This document shows, in pieces, positions 1 to 7,624 of a stretch of DNA of 23,199 bases. Under the pieces are notes generated by a model. That model worked only from the letters and a program-made list of their open reading frames with translations. It was not told the origin of the DNA and did not search any database. This DNA comes from Candidatus Thorarchaeota archaeon (lineage in GTDB: Archaea > Asgardarchaeota > Thorarchaeia > Thorarchaeales > Thorarchaeaceae). A program made the translations under genes and the position numbers. How positions within the stretch are numbered: position 1 is the first letter of the stretch; each line of letters opens with the position of its first letter. The stretch spans positions 1-23,199 of the forward strand of contig JAEORO010000038.1 of NCBI GenBank assembly GCA_016840855.1, in the 5' to 3' direction.

Positions 1-100
1 CTACTGAGCCGTTCGCGACGGACTCGGATGCGAGCCCGTTCCACTTGCATGTCTTAACCCCAAGCCGATAGCAGTGCCCTCTAGCAGGATCAACTAGAGT
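1..100 (-). rRNA. rrs: 16S (SSU) rRNA, 5' end only (runs off the window's left edge)
   Basis: The reverse complement reads ACTCTAGTTGATCCTGCTAGAGGGCACTGCTATCGG...AAGACATGCAAGTGG...GCGAACGGCTCAGTA. This matches the archaeal 16S 5' landmarks GTTGATCCTGC, CATGCAAGT and ACGGCTCAGTA. The exact mature 5' end is +/- a few nt. Confidence 0.96.
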
Positions 101-402
101 TGTCCTAATCATACACGGTTAGCAAGGTAAGACTGGAGTAGTAGTCAGTCTCCGTGTACAATGTTTACACACTATGAACTATAATTGCTTGATGAAGTAC
201 AGGCGTAACGGGGTTAGCAGAGATGGCTTACCCAATTAATGCCTGCACACTGTTGAGCCTATCTTAGACCTGAGGGCATTCTGGCACTCCTTGTGTCAGT
301 CTATCTCACGTCCGCATCTTGTTGTCGCGTCTGGAAATCACCAACCATCATCGCTTGGCACTCGCCGACAGCATCCGGCCTGACACCGTATGACGCGAAA
401 GC
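101..402 (-). other. Pre-16S rRNA leader (5' external transcribed spacer), highly structured
   Basis: Non-coding, lying between a TATA box and the 16S start. Stems include GUGCAGGC...GCCUGUAC (~249-197, G-U pair valid only on the minus strand), AGACTG/CAGTCT (130-151), TACACGG/CCGTGTA (112-158), TCGCGTC/GACGCGA and GTGTCAG/CTGACAC. Confidence 0.75.
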
Positions 403-423
403 AAACCCCCCCGCGAAGAGTTC

Positions 424-440
424 GAATAAAAAGCTTTCCA
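424..440 (-). promoter_or_regulatory. Putative rRNA promoter (BRE + TATA)
   Basis: The minus strand reads TGGAAAGC-TTTTTATTC, a purine-rich BRE followed by a TTTTAT box. Predicted start is ~400. Confidence 0.6.
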
Positions 441-485
441 AGGGGCGACTTTTTTGAAGCCCATTTGATACCAAATTAGTAATTT

Positions 486-1277
486 CTAGCTTTGTTTCAT
501 AATAGTGATGTACTTGGATAATCGTGGGTCATCTTTAATCAGATTGAGGAAATTACTACTTGAATGCGCAGAAATTTCTTCAACAGACGTTTTTCGAAGC
601 TCAGCAATTCTTTCCACAACCATCTGTAATGCCTTTAGTGGCATTCTCCTAGGAGGTTTATTTGGACCATCGGTTTCTAGCAGGAAAAGATCATCAGGAA
701 TCATAGTAACTATCTCAAGGCGTTCCTTCCAACCAGGTATTTCTTGCTCATATGATTTCAAATAGCTGCCATCAAAGGCAAAGTATAGATCTGTGTCAAT
801 GATTTTCTCAACTAGACTAATTGGACCATAGTAGTCATGAATGATTCCATTTCGGAGTGAGTAATTCTCTAGCAAATCAAGGGTTTCGCTCTCAGCTCCT
901 GCTACATGAAGAATTACAATAGTGCCCTGTTTCTGTGCAGATTCAAGAAATTTCTCGAGAAGGGATACCTGCAAAGGAAAGTATGAGGCATCTGCTGTCC
1001 ACTTCCGGTCAAGTCCAATCTCACCAAGCATTAATGCCTCATCAGCAGTTCTCTTTATTGTGTCAAGCTGGTCCATATGTTCGTGTGCATATATTGGGTG
1101 CACTCCGAAAGCAGGAAGAATGAGTTCTGAACGTCTTGCTAGTTCTAATGTATCATTATAGGAGGGGATATCGGTGGACACTGACACCATGAGTACTCCG
1201 TTTTCATGTATGTCTTTTAACGCTCGATCAGTGTCCTCCTGATAGTATGAGAAGTGATTATGAACATCTACTAGCAT
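486..1277 (-). CDS. tatD: TatD family metal-dependent hydrolase/DNase
   Basis: Motifs DxHxH (VDVHNH), GVHP, GEIGLD, ILH, IIH and LETDGP in TIM-barrel order. GAGGT SD upstream. Confidence 0.93.
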   Translation of the reverse strand: MLVDVHNHFSYYQEDTDRALKDIHENGVLMVSVSTDIPSYNDTLELARRSELILPAFGVHPIYAHEHMDQLDTIKRTADEALMLGEIGLDRKWTADASYFPLQVSLLEKFLESAQKQGTIVILHVAGAESETLDLLENYSLRNGIIHDYYGPISLVEKIIDTDLYFAFDGSYLKSYEQEIPGWKERLEIVTMIPDDLFLLETDGPNKPPRRMPLKALQMVVERIAELRKTSVEEISAHSSSNFLNLIKDDPRLSKYITIMKQS

Positions 1278-1354
1278 TCCAGCAACCTCAGGTATAGATG
1301 TAGATGCAGGCTATTTCGAATATCATTATTCTTGTCAGCGCATAGAATTAGGGT

Positions 1355-1438
1355 GATGGAAGGGCGGGGATTAGCCCCGCCTCTTACAGCGGTGAAAGAT
1401 TTCAATTCCGCATCTTGCAGTTGTCGGTGGCTTCCATC
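1355..1438. ncRNA. Candidate structured RNA (three-way junction), family not recognised
   Basis: GC-rich island in an AT-rich spacer. It has an 8-bp closing stem GATGGAAG (1355-1362)/CTTCCATC (1431-1438), a 7-bp hairpin GGCGGGG-ATTAG-CCCCGCC (1363-1381) and a second arm GCGG-TGAA..TTCA-att-CCGC. A minus-strand TATA lies ~24 nt from one end, and a plus-strand T6 run lies just after it. Confidence 0.55.
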
Positions 1439-1460
1439 CAAGATATTGTAGGATTTTTTG

Positions 1461-1468
1461 AATATAAA
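1461..1468 (-). promoter_or_regulatory. Putative TATA box for the structured element/tatD transcript
   Basis: Minus strand TTTATATT. Typical archaeal spacing puts the start at ~1438-1440, the boundary of the closing stem. Confidence 0.5.
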
Positions 1469-1489
1469 GTAATGATGAACGAATTATTA

Positions 1490-1563
1490 GGACGAATCAT
1501 ATAGTAAGATTCTCCGCACAACTATATCATAGATTCATCCAAAAGCCATAGATGATTCATCCA
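1490..1563. repeat. Three copies of a GATTCATCC motif (putative operator array)
   Basis: GATTCATCCA occurs at 1532-1541 and 1554-1563 (22 bp period). An inverted copy GGACGAATCAT at 1490-1500 has a reverse complement matching ATGATTCATCC at 10/11. Confidence 0.6.
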
Positions 1564-1609
1564 TTGTTAATAAGACCAAAACAGACGAGGTTAGGATAGG
1601 CGTCACTAA

Positions 1610-2251
1610 ATGCAAGCGGAAGTTCTTTCATTAATCAGATTAGATTTACTTTTCGAGTCAATTAGTGGAATTATTGCGTTAATTGTGACCATCTATGCTA
1701 CTAAAGCATACAATTTGACAGGACAAAAGAGACTGTCAGACCTTTCTACAGGATTTCTTGTTCTGTCAGTGGGAATGTTTGGACGAGTAGTCGGAACATT
1801 GTATTTCATCATACGTTTTGGATTAGATAGCGACTCAGGAGATCTGGTTATTTCCATTGTGACGATTGCTTATGGTGTATCAAGGATTATGGCATATGTT
1901 TTATTTTTGATAGCGACTAGACCTGTACGCTATCGGGAACCAATTAATGGAAATAACATAGCAGGAGTAAGTCTTCTCCTAGCTACAATACTTGTTGATG
2001 CATCACTGGAAGTAATTGCTATTCTTGTCCTAGTTGCAGTGGTCATTCAGGCAATAATCAACTACTCTTCCACACGTAGCAGATATGCACTCTATGTCTT
2101 TGTTGGCTTCTTCTTCATCCTGCTGAGCCACGTCCAAGTAGCTCAGACATTAACGAATCCAGGCATGTACTTGATGAGTCAGCTATCTCAATTAATTGGA
2201 TTCTTGTCATTTTTGGTCTTACTCTATAGGACTGGCAAGCAAAATGAGTAG
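1610..2251 (+). CDS. Polytopic membrane protein (6-7 TM, internally duplicated 3-TM module), putative sensor
   Basis: Hydrophobic helices throughout. The two halves share a Y-x2-T-x8-GF pattern (AYNLTGQKRLSDLSTGF / NYSSTRSRYALYVFVGF). It overlaps the downstream wHTH gene by 8 nt. Confidence 0.8.
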   Translation: MQAEVLSLIRLDLLFESISGIIALIVTIYATKAYNLTGQKRLSDLSTGFLVLSVGMFGRVVGTLYFIIRFGLDSDSGDLVISIVTIAYGVSRIMAYVLFLIATRPVRYREPINGNNIAGVSLLLATILVDASLEVIAILVLVAVVIQAIINYSSTRSRYALYVFVGFFFILLSHVQVAQTLTNPGMYLMSQLSQLIGFLSFLVLLYRTGKQNE

Positions 2252-2537
2252 AAAACGGGCCTATCGCTCAAAGATGCGCATCTTAGCTGATATGATGCGT
2301 GCTATTCAGAGTGAGGGAGAGGATGGTGCAGGCCCTACAAAAATACTCTATGCTGCGAACCTGTCTCATGACAGGTTAACGCAATATCTTGATGAACTCA
2401 TTGAGAAGGATCTCATTAAAGAAACAAATCCAGGAAATGAGAACAGGCTATACCTTCTTACTGAGAAGGGAAGGGAATTTCTTAGAGAATTTGTGAGAGT
2501 TGAACGGTTCTCTGAAGCCTTTGGGATAGATATCTAA
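2244..2537 (+). CDS. Winged helix-turn-helix transcriptional regulator (archaeal HTH_45/COG3432-like)
   Basis: Pattern RS..xILADM...TKILYAANLS...YLDELIEKDLI...YLLTEKGREFL. The start was moved to ATG 2244, which overlaps the upstream stop (ATGAGTAG). Confidence 0.88.
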   Translation: MSRKRAYRSKMRILADMMRAIQSEGEDGAGPTKILYAANLSHDRLTQYLDELIEKDLIKETNPGNENRLYLLTEKGREFLREFVRVERFSEAFGIDI

Positions 2538-2541
2538 TGGC

Positions 2542-2548
2542 TTTTTTT
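2542..2548 (+). terminator. Oligo-T archaeal terminator
   Basis: T7 run beginning 5 nt after the wHTH stop codon. Confidence 0.55.
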
Positions 2549-2601
2549 CGGTAACAGTAGACAAGGTTTTAAGATTTGTAAGTCGGAGGAGTTTCTGAAA
2601 C

Positions 2602-2678
2602 GGGCCGGTAGATCAGACTGGTAGATCGTCTGATTCGCATTCAGAAGGTCGCGAGTTCAAATCTCGCCCGGTCCACCA
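2602..2678 (+). tRNA. tRNA-Ala(CGC), intronless, CCA encoded
   Basis: Cloverleaf: acceptor GGGCCGG/CCGGTCC with the G3:U70 alanine identity pair, D stem GATC/GATC, anticodon arm TCTGA-TTCGCAT-TCAGA, T arm GCGAG-TTCAAAT-CTCGC, and ACCA end. TATA-like TTTTAA at 2567-2572. Confidence 0.97.
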
Positions 2679-2706
2679 TTTTCCTAATGATTATTATAGT
2701 GACCAA

Positions 2707-3588
2707 TTAAAATGACTCGTGATACGTTTTGAAGAAGTCATCCGGACCCAAGCGCATTGTTTCAATCAATTGATTACGTCCCAGATTAGATTCAATCACT
2801 TGAGCCATATGGGCACCTGTAACATACCAAAGTCTTTCTCTATCGCTCATTCTGTCAAGTATTTTCCAATCATTCTTGTGAATTGGAGTATCAGCTCGAA
2901 TCTCCAATTTTGTGAAAATATCGAAAAATTCTGAAACTCGTTTCTTTCTTGCTCTATCATCAAGAAACAGCCTATAATCCCGGTTATTTAGTGCTTTAGC
3001 AGTCCTTCTTTGTTCTAGTATGGAGTAAATCGCAAGACCTTCCATATGAGTACAGTATTTGATTACATCACACAACTGATTTGTTCGATGAACCTGATTA
3101 AGATCAAATATCGGGTTATAGGCGGTATAGACTACATGATGTAACTCGTGCATTGACATTAACAGAATCTCATCAGGATTCTTGTTATACTCAGGATGAC
3201 CTAAGTTTAATAGAGCAGTACCTTCAGATACAATTCCAATGTCATACCCTAGGATAGCATAAAGAATGCTTCTTTGATTTGTTCCTTCAGGAAAATAGTT
3301 CCATAAATCTGTAAGTAGTTTATTGAATCTGTTAGTTTCATTATGTAGATAGGTAAGACCATCCTTTACGTAATTCATCAAATTCTTATTCTTTGACAGT
3401 TGCTTCATAATGTCTTTCCAGAATGGTCCAATGCTCTTTCGCGTCTTTTGAAATCTGAGCGCGTGTTTGTGAGTCTTTATAGCAGCATCATGTTTGGTTA
3501 TCTCAATCAACAATTCCTTACTGGGTTTTGAAAGATATTGGAGTAATGGCACAATGAATGATGTATCGATTTTTACTGATAATGGCAT
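2707..3588 (-). CDS. Putative Zn-dependent peptidase (DUF5700/DUF2268-like gluzincin)
   Basis: HELHH (HExxH) followed ~35 aa later by EGLA, with a C-terminal Y-x2-G motif. The start is uncertain (ATG 3588 preferred, ORF open to 3651). Confidence 0.75.
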   Translation of the reverse strand: MPLSVKIDTSFIVPLLQYLSKPSKELLIEITKHDAAIKTHKHALRFQKTRKSIGPFWKDIMKQLSKNKNLMNYVKDGLTYLHNETNRFNKLLTDLWNYFPEGTNQRSILYAILGYDIGIVSEGTALLNLGHPEYNKNPDEILLMSMHELHHVVYTAYNPIFDLNQVHRTNQLCDVIKYCTHMEGLAIYSILEQRRTAKALNNRDYRLFLDDRARKKRVSEFFDIFTKLEIRADTPIHKNDWKILDRMSDRERLWYVTGAHMAQVIESNLGRNQLIETMRLGPDDFFKTYHESF

Positions 3589-3786
3589 GAGTAAATCACT
3601 CGTTTTCAAAAAGATAATGAATTTCAGGAGATGTTGGTCTAGAGGCATCATTAACTAATATTTTGAAAGATAGATTATGATTTCAAGACAGTCTATAATT
3701 ATCTTATGGCACCTCCATAATTCTGTTTCCCAAAGATGCCCATAAACTTTCAAATTTCACCGGATTCACCAATTTCTGAGTTGTCT

Positions 3787-5616
3787 TCACTTGGATGGAG
3801 AAGCTAATTTTGTGAAACGGTTTCTGAAGAGTCGATCAAGAGCTTGCATTAGTGGTATTGCACTTATCAAGAAAATGACACCCTCTCCGGTTTTGATAGA
3901 GAAGATTTCACCAACAAAAGCGAATAGTCCACTGAAGATTAGGTAGAGGATGATAGCGACTACAAGAATCGGCAACCAGACCAAGAATGCTGCGTGAAAT
4001 TGAAATCTATGGCGGAATGCTGAGAGAGAAAGGACAAAGCAGATTGCTGTAAGAACAGATGGGAGAAACCATCCACTCAGTAGAAAACTCTCCCCATATG
4101 ACTCAATGAATTCGAACAATGAAAGGCTTGTTCGTCCCTCAATTATAATAAAAGGTAGAATAAACCCTAAACTTAGTGTGATTGTTCCAATAACATAAGG
4201 TATCTCTCGAACCAATTGAATTCTTCCAGGTTGCCATAAGTGTATATGAATAACAAATAGTATCCCTATACTGGATAAGACGAGCAAAACAGGAAACAGG
4301 ACGGAACCTGATTTTCCTATAAGAATCTCTGATGAAATTTGAGTCGAGTCTTCTTGAAGAGATACGACAAAGAGGAGTACCTTCCCCATGGTCAATGGAA
4401 CGATCTCACCAGAGTAGACATTGGGGGATGGACTACTACTATCTTTCAACTCAGTAGACAACCAAAGAGCACCCGGTTCACTCGATCTCCAGTACAAAAT
4501 GACTGTATTAGTGTCATTGGTTTCTACTTCTGCCTTGAGAGAGATTCCTTGAACAGATAGTAGGTTATCGATGGAGAGGTGAGATCTTGGTAGTGGTGCT
4601 CCATCTCCAAAGTGGCTATCGATCCATCTGATGACATTATAAGTCCAGTGAGGTTTAACCCCGTGTCCCCAATTGGGAACTATGTCTAAGGTGAGATCAG
4701 TCGGTATGGAATTAACGGTATCCATCATTGATGTGATTGGGAAAAATTGATCGTCTGTGCCAAACATCATTAAAACTGGATTAGTTAGTAGCCTAGTGTA
4801 CGCAAGTGGATCAAACCATTTGATTATGTTGTTCATTTCAATGGAGTCAATTGTGTATGTAGGTGCTATTACCAGATTAAGGAGAGAGCCAGAAACCAAC
4901 GAATTACGGAAATTCCCAGCCGCCAACATCGGAATGGACCCATCAACACGAGAATCGATTCCCGAAAGAATGAAGGTAACCAAGCCGCCCATCGAGTTAC
5001 CTGCAACAATTAGTGCATCTGTCCTCACAAAGGTTAATGATTCAAGTAGTGTTACTGCACGTGTTGCAGCCCACACAGAGTGGAAAAGACTGGAGTCTTC
5101 AGGTCCAGATGTCACATTCAAGAATGTGAACGGATTCAATTCCGGGTATCCTGTAGAATTACCTGAACCGGGCTGGTCAATCCCCATGACTATAAATCCG
5201 GCAGCAGCAAATTCTCTTAGCATCTGCAAGTGGTCTGAGTATTGCTCGTCATAACCATGGAGATATAGAATTGTGGGTTTTGGAGAAGTTAGATTCTGTT
5301 TAGCAAGAATCACTGAGTTAATGGTCACTTCCACATCCTTGTGAACTTCGCTTACATAGTTAAAATACCACTCATCAATAGACACACTTGTATTCTGATA
5401 CTCGATTATATTACTCCTTGATGAGAAATTGTGTACATTGACAGGTGATTCGATTGCACTTGTAAGGTTCCAAAAGCTAGTGTCATAAACCTCCTCTGAT
5501 GGAACAGATGCGTATCGTTCAGGATAGTCTGAACCTACAACGAATAGCATTGCTGTGATACTACCAAGGAATAACATCATCACAACTAAAACAAGGACTG
5601 ATACTCTTCTTGTCAT
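3787..5616 (-). CDS. Membrane-anchored alpha/beta hydrolase (acetylxylan esterase/dienelactone hydrolase-like)
   Basis: N-terminal signal/anchor MTRRVSVLVLVV, oxyanion LHG, nucleophile GNSMGG, candidate Asp in GTDD and His in WGHG, plus 4-5 C-terminal TM helices. Start set at ATG 5616. Confidence 0.85.
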   Translation of the reverse strand: MTRRVSVLVLVVMMLFLGSITAMLFVVGSDYPERYASVPSEEVYDTSFWNLTSAIESPVNVHNFSSRSNIIEYQNTSVSIDEWYFNYVSEVHKDVEVTINSVILAKQNLTSPKPTILYLHGYDEQYSDHLQMLREFAAAGFIVMGIDQPGSGNSTGYPELNPFTFLNVTSGPEDSSLFHSVWAATRAVTLLESLTFVRTDALIVAGNSMGGLVTFILSGIDSRVDGSIPMLAAGNFRNSLVSGSLLNLVIAPTYTIDSIEMNNIIKWFDPLAYTRLLTNPVLMMFGTDDQFFPITSMMDTVNSIPTDLTLDIVPNWGHGVKPHWTYNVIRWIDSHFGDGAPLPRSHLSIDNLLSVQGISLKAEVETNDTNTVILYWRSSEPGALWLSTELKDSSSPSPNVYSGEIVPLTMGKVLLFVVSLQEDSTQISSEILIGKSGSVLFPVLLVLSSIGILFVIHIHLWQPGRIQLVREIPYVIGTITLSLGFILPFIIIEGRTSLSLFEFIESYGESFLLSGWFLPSVLTAICFVLSLSAFRHRFQFHAAFLVWLPILVVAIILYLIFSGLFAFVGEIFSIKTGEGVIFLISAIPLMQALDRLFRNRFTKLASPSK

Positions 5617-5714
5617 GGATCTATCACAGCATATTGAACCATGAGAGGACCCTAACAAAGGCTTTTTGGAAGAGATGAGATGTGAAACAATCTTCTAGCC
5701 TAATGGTGATTTTC

Positions 5715-7025
5715 TCAGGGCTTGAGTACTTCTTTTATCTTCTCGACTTCTTTCTCGCCCGTGGGTGTGTCCTCAATGACGTAAAGGATGGTACCAAGGA
5801 ATAGTGCAGTGAAACCTAGAATAATGCTAAGTGGCGATAGAGTTAGTGAGATAAATACACAGGATAACGCCCCAAGAATAGGGAACAATGGCCCAAGTGG
5901 TAGCTTAAAGTAACCTCTTTTAGGCTCGATATAGGATTCATTCCTTGTCAGGACAAATGCGCTTACATTGACAAAGAACATGGCAATAATCTGTGCGATA
6001 TTCACAAGTTCGATAATAGAATCTAACGCTCCATAAAGAATGAACAACAACGCCACAGCTGATCCTAAAATAATTGCATTCGTGGGTTGTCTGTTTCTGA
6101 GTTTGGCAAATCTTCCTGGTATTTGCTTCTCACTTGCCATTTCCATCACTATTCTGGATGCGCCTGCAGTGAGTGCATTGGCTGAAGACAAAGTGGATAA
6201 GACAGCTCCAAGAGCTATAATGGTTCCACCTATTGGTCCTATTAGTACCACTGCTGCATCAAAGACACTTTCGCTTCCATAAGTCGGAAGATTGGCAGCA
6301 AGTAATGCGATTATCACACCGATATAAACTAGGGCCACAATGACAATTGATGCAAGCATTGCAACTGGTACTTTCTTATTTGACTCTTTCACTTCACCAG
6401 CCATCATGGTGATTACTTGAAAACCCATATACGCGAAAAAGACCATCGTCACTCCCTGAAAAACACTTGATATTCCGTGGGTTGGAGATGAAGTAAAAAC
6501 TGAAACCTGAAAATGCAGAAGCCCAAAAATGGAAAACAGAATGAGGATTAACACTTTTGTGCCAACGACTGCAAGCTCGAATCTACCTGCTTCTGCAATA
6601 CCTCTGATGTTTAGAACGGTGAGTAGTAGCAAAGCAGCTGCTGCAAAGATTCTAGGATCGACGCTTATTGAAAGAAGCAGGTTTAGGTATATTCCAAATC
6701 CTAAGAGTACAAAAGACAACACAATGGGTTGGGCAATATACATGATCCACCCTGTTAAGAATCCAGGATACTTCCCAAGCATCTTCTCAGCATAAAGATA
6801 GCCTCCTCCGTCCTCAGGGAATATACTTGCTAAGGAGGCATATGAGAGTCCTGAAAATGCTACTAGCACTGCACAGATAATGTATGAGAATAATGCTTCG
6901 AATCCTGCTGTGTCAATAATTAAACCACTCAAGACAAAAACGCCAGCTCCAATCATTGTGCCTACTGCAAAGGTGATTGCAGTGAATGTGCTTAGTCCTT
7001 CACTCCGTTTGCTATAGTCAGTCAT
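5715..7025 (-). CDS. APC superfamily amino acid permease
   Basis: TM1 GTMIGAGVF, GGGYLY, TM6 FFAYMGFQ, EVKE..K.VP.A and ~12 TM helices. Confidence 0.92.
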   Translation of the reverse strand: MTDYSKRSEGLSTFTAITFAVGTMIGAGVFVLSGLIIDTAGFEALFSYIICAVLVAFSGLSYASLASIFPEDGGGYLYAEKMLGKYPGFLTGWIMYIAQPIVLSFVLLGFGIYLNLLLSISVDPRIFAAAALLLLTVLNIRGIAEAGRFELAVVGTKVLILILFSIFGLLHFQVSVFTSSPTHGISSVFQGVTMVFFAYMGFQVITMMAGEVKESNKKVPVAMLASIVIVALVYIGVIIALLAANLPTYGSESVFDAAVVLIGPIGGTIIALGAVLSTLSSANALTAGASRIVMEMASEKQIPGRFAKLRNRQPTNAIILGSAVALLFILYGALDSIIELVNIAQIIAMFFVNVSAFVLTRNESYIEPKRGYFKLPLGPLFPILGALSCVFISLTLSPLSIILGFTALFLGTILYVIEDTPTGEKEVEKIKEVLKP

Positions 7026-7220
7026 TCTTATCAGCTCTTGATTATATCCCCATTTTTTCTGAAATATAGTGAACTAGAGGCTCATCAATAACGGTCACTC
7101 TAAGGTTTGGTGCTCTATTTTCAATGGAACTCTTTGCCATTGTTCTCACAAAAGTAGGAATTCTAGCCAAGATCTCCAATCTCCATTATTTTAATAGATT
7201 AAAAGATATAATTTATTTAT

Positions 7221-7241
7221 CAAGGGTTTAGGCAACCCTTG
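7221..7241. terminator. Hairpin just downstream of ORF 7247-7624
   Basis: Perfect 8-bp stem CAAGGGTT-TAGGC-AACCCTTG, 5 nt past the stop codon. No U-tract follows on the minus strand, so its function is uncertain. Confidence 0.4.
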
Positions 7242-7246
7242 TCAAA

Positions 7247-7624
7247 TTATTTTCGTGTCAACCTTTCGCGCTCATCGCGAAGCCATTTAATCTCTTCATG
7301 ATATTCGATATTATCCATGTAGTCATGTTTCACCTGATGTGATAATTTGGCCAATTCACAAAGATGCTCTCGCTTCTCCCAAATCTTTGAAATTCTCACA
7401 CTGAACAAATATTGTTCATTCTTTCTGAGATCTCTTATAAGTTGCTTGACACACTGATCAATCTTTGACAAATCTTTCTTTGTGAGATGTTCCAACGGTG
7501 GATAGGTTATGGAGTGTTCAATCATCTGAAGAACAACTATTGAGCGTGCATCCAAATCCTCTTTTTTGGCTTTTTCAAAATCTTCAATTAAGCTACTTAT
7601 TCCTTGCATATTCTTCATCACCAT
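7247..7624 (-). CDS. Hypothetical small helical, charged protein
   Basis: 125 aa ORF filling the gap, on the same strand as its neighbours. No recognisable motif. Confidence 0.6.
   Translation of the reverse strand: MVMKNMQGISSLIEDFEKAKKEDLDARSIVVLQMIEHSITYPPLEHLTKKDLSKIDQCVKQLIRDLRKNEQYLFSVRISKIWEKREHLCELAKLSHQVKHDYMDNIEYHEEIKWLRDERERLTRK

Noticed and set aside
1-3. 16S reads CAGTAG rather than the usual CAGTAAC at the edge, possibly an insertion or intron
   Set aside because: A single base at the window boundary cannot be interpreted.
1351-1440. Element as tRNA-Sec, tRNA-Pyl, 5S rRNA or fluoride riboswitch
   Set aside because: It has no UCA or CUA in a 7-nt anticodon loop, no D arm, no UUC T-loop and no 5S loop C/E motifs. 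GGUGAUGG lacks the fluoride riboswitch's closing complement.
1472-1478. Perfect C box ATGATGA suggesting a C/D guide sRNA
   Set aside because: There is no CTGA D box downstream on that strand before the next gene.
1528-1563. Mini-CRISPR array
   Set aside because: The repeats are only 10-14 nt with a tiny spacer, and there are no cas genes.
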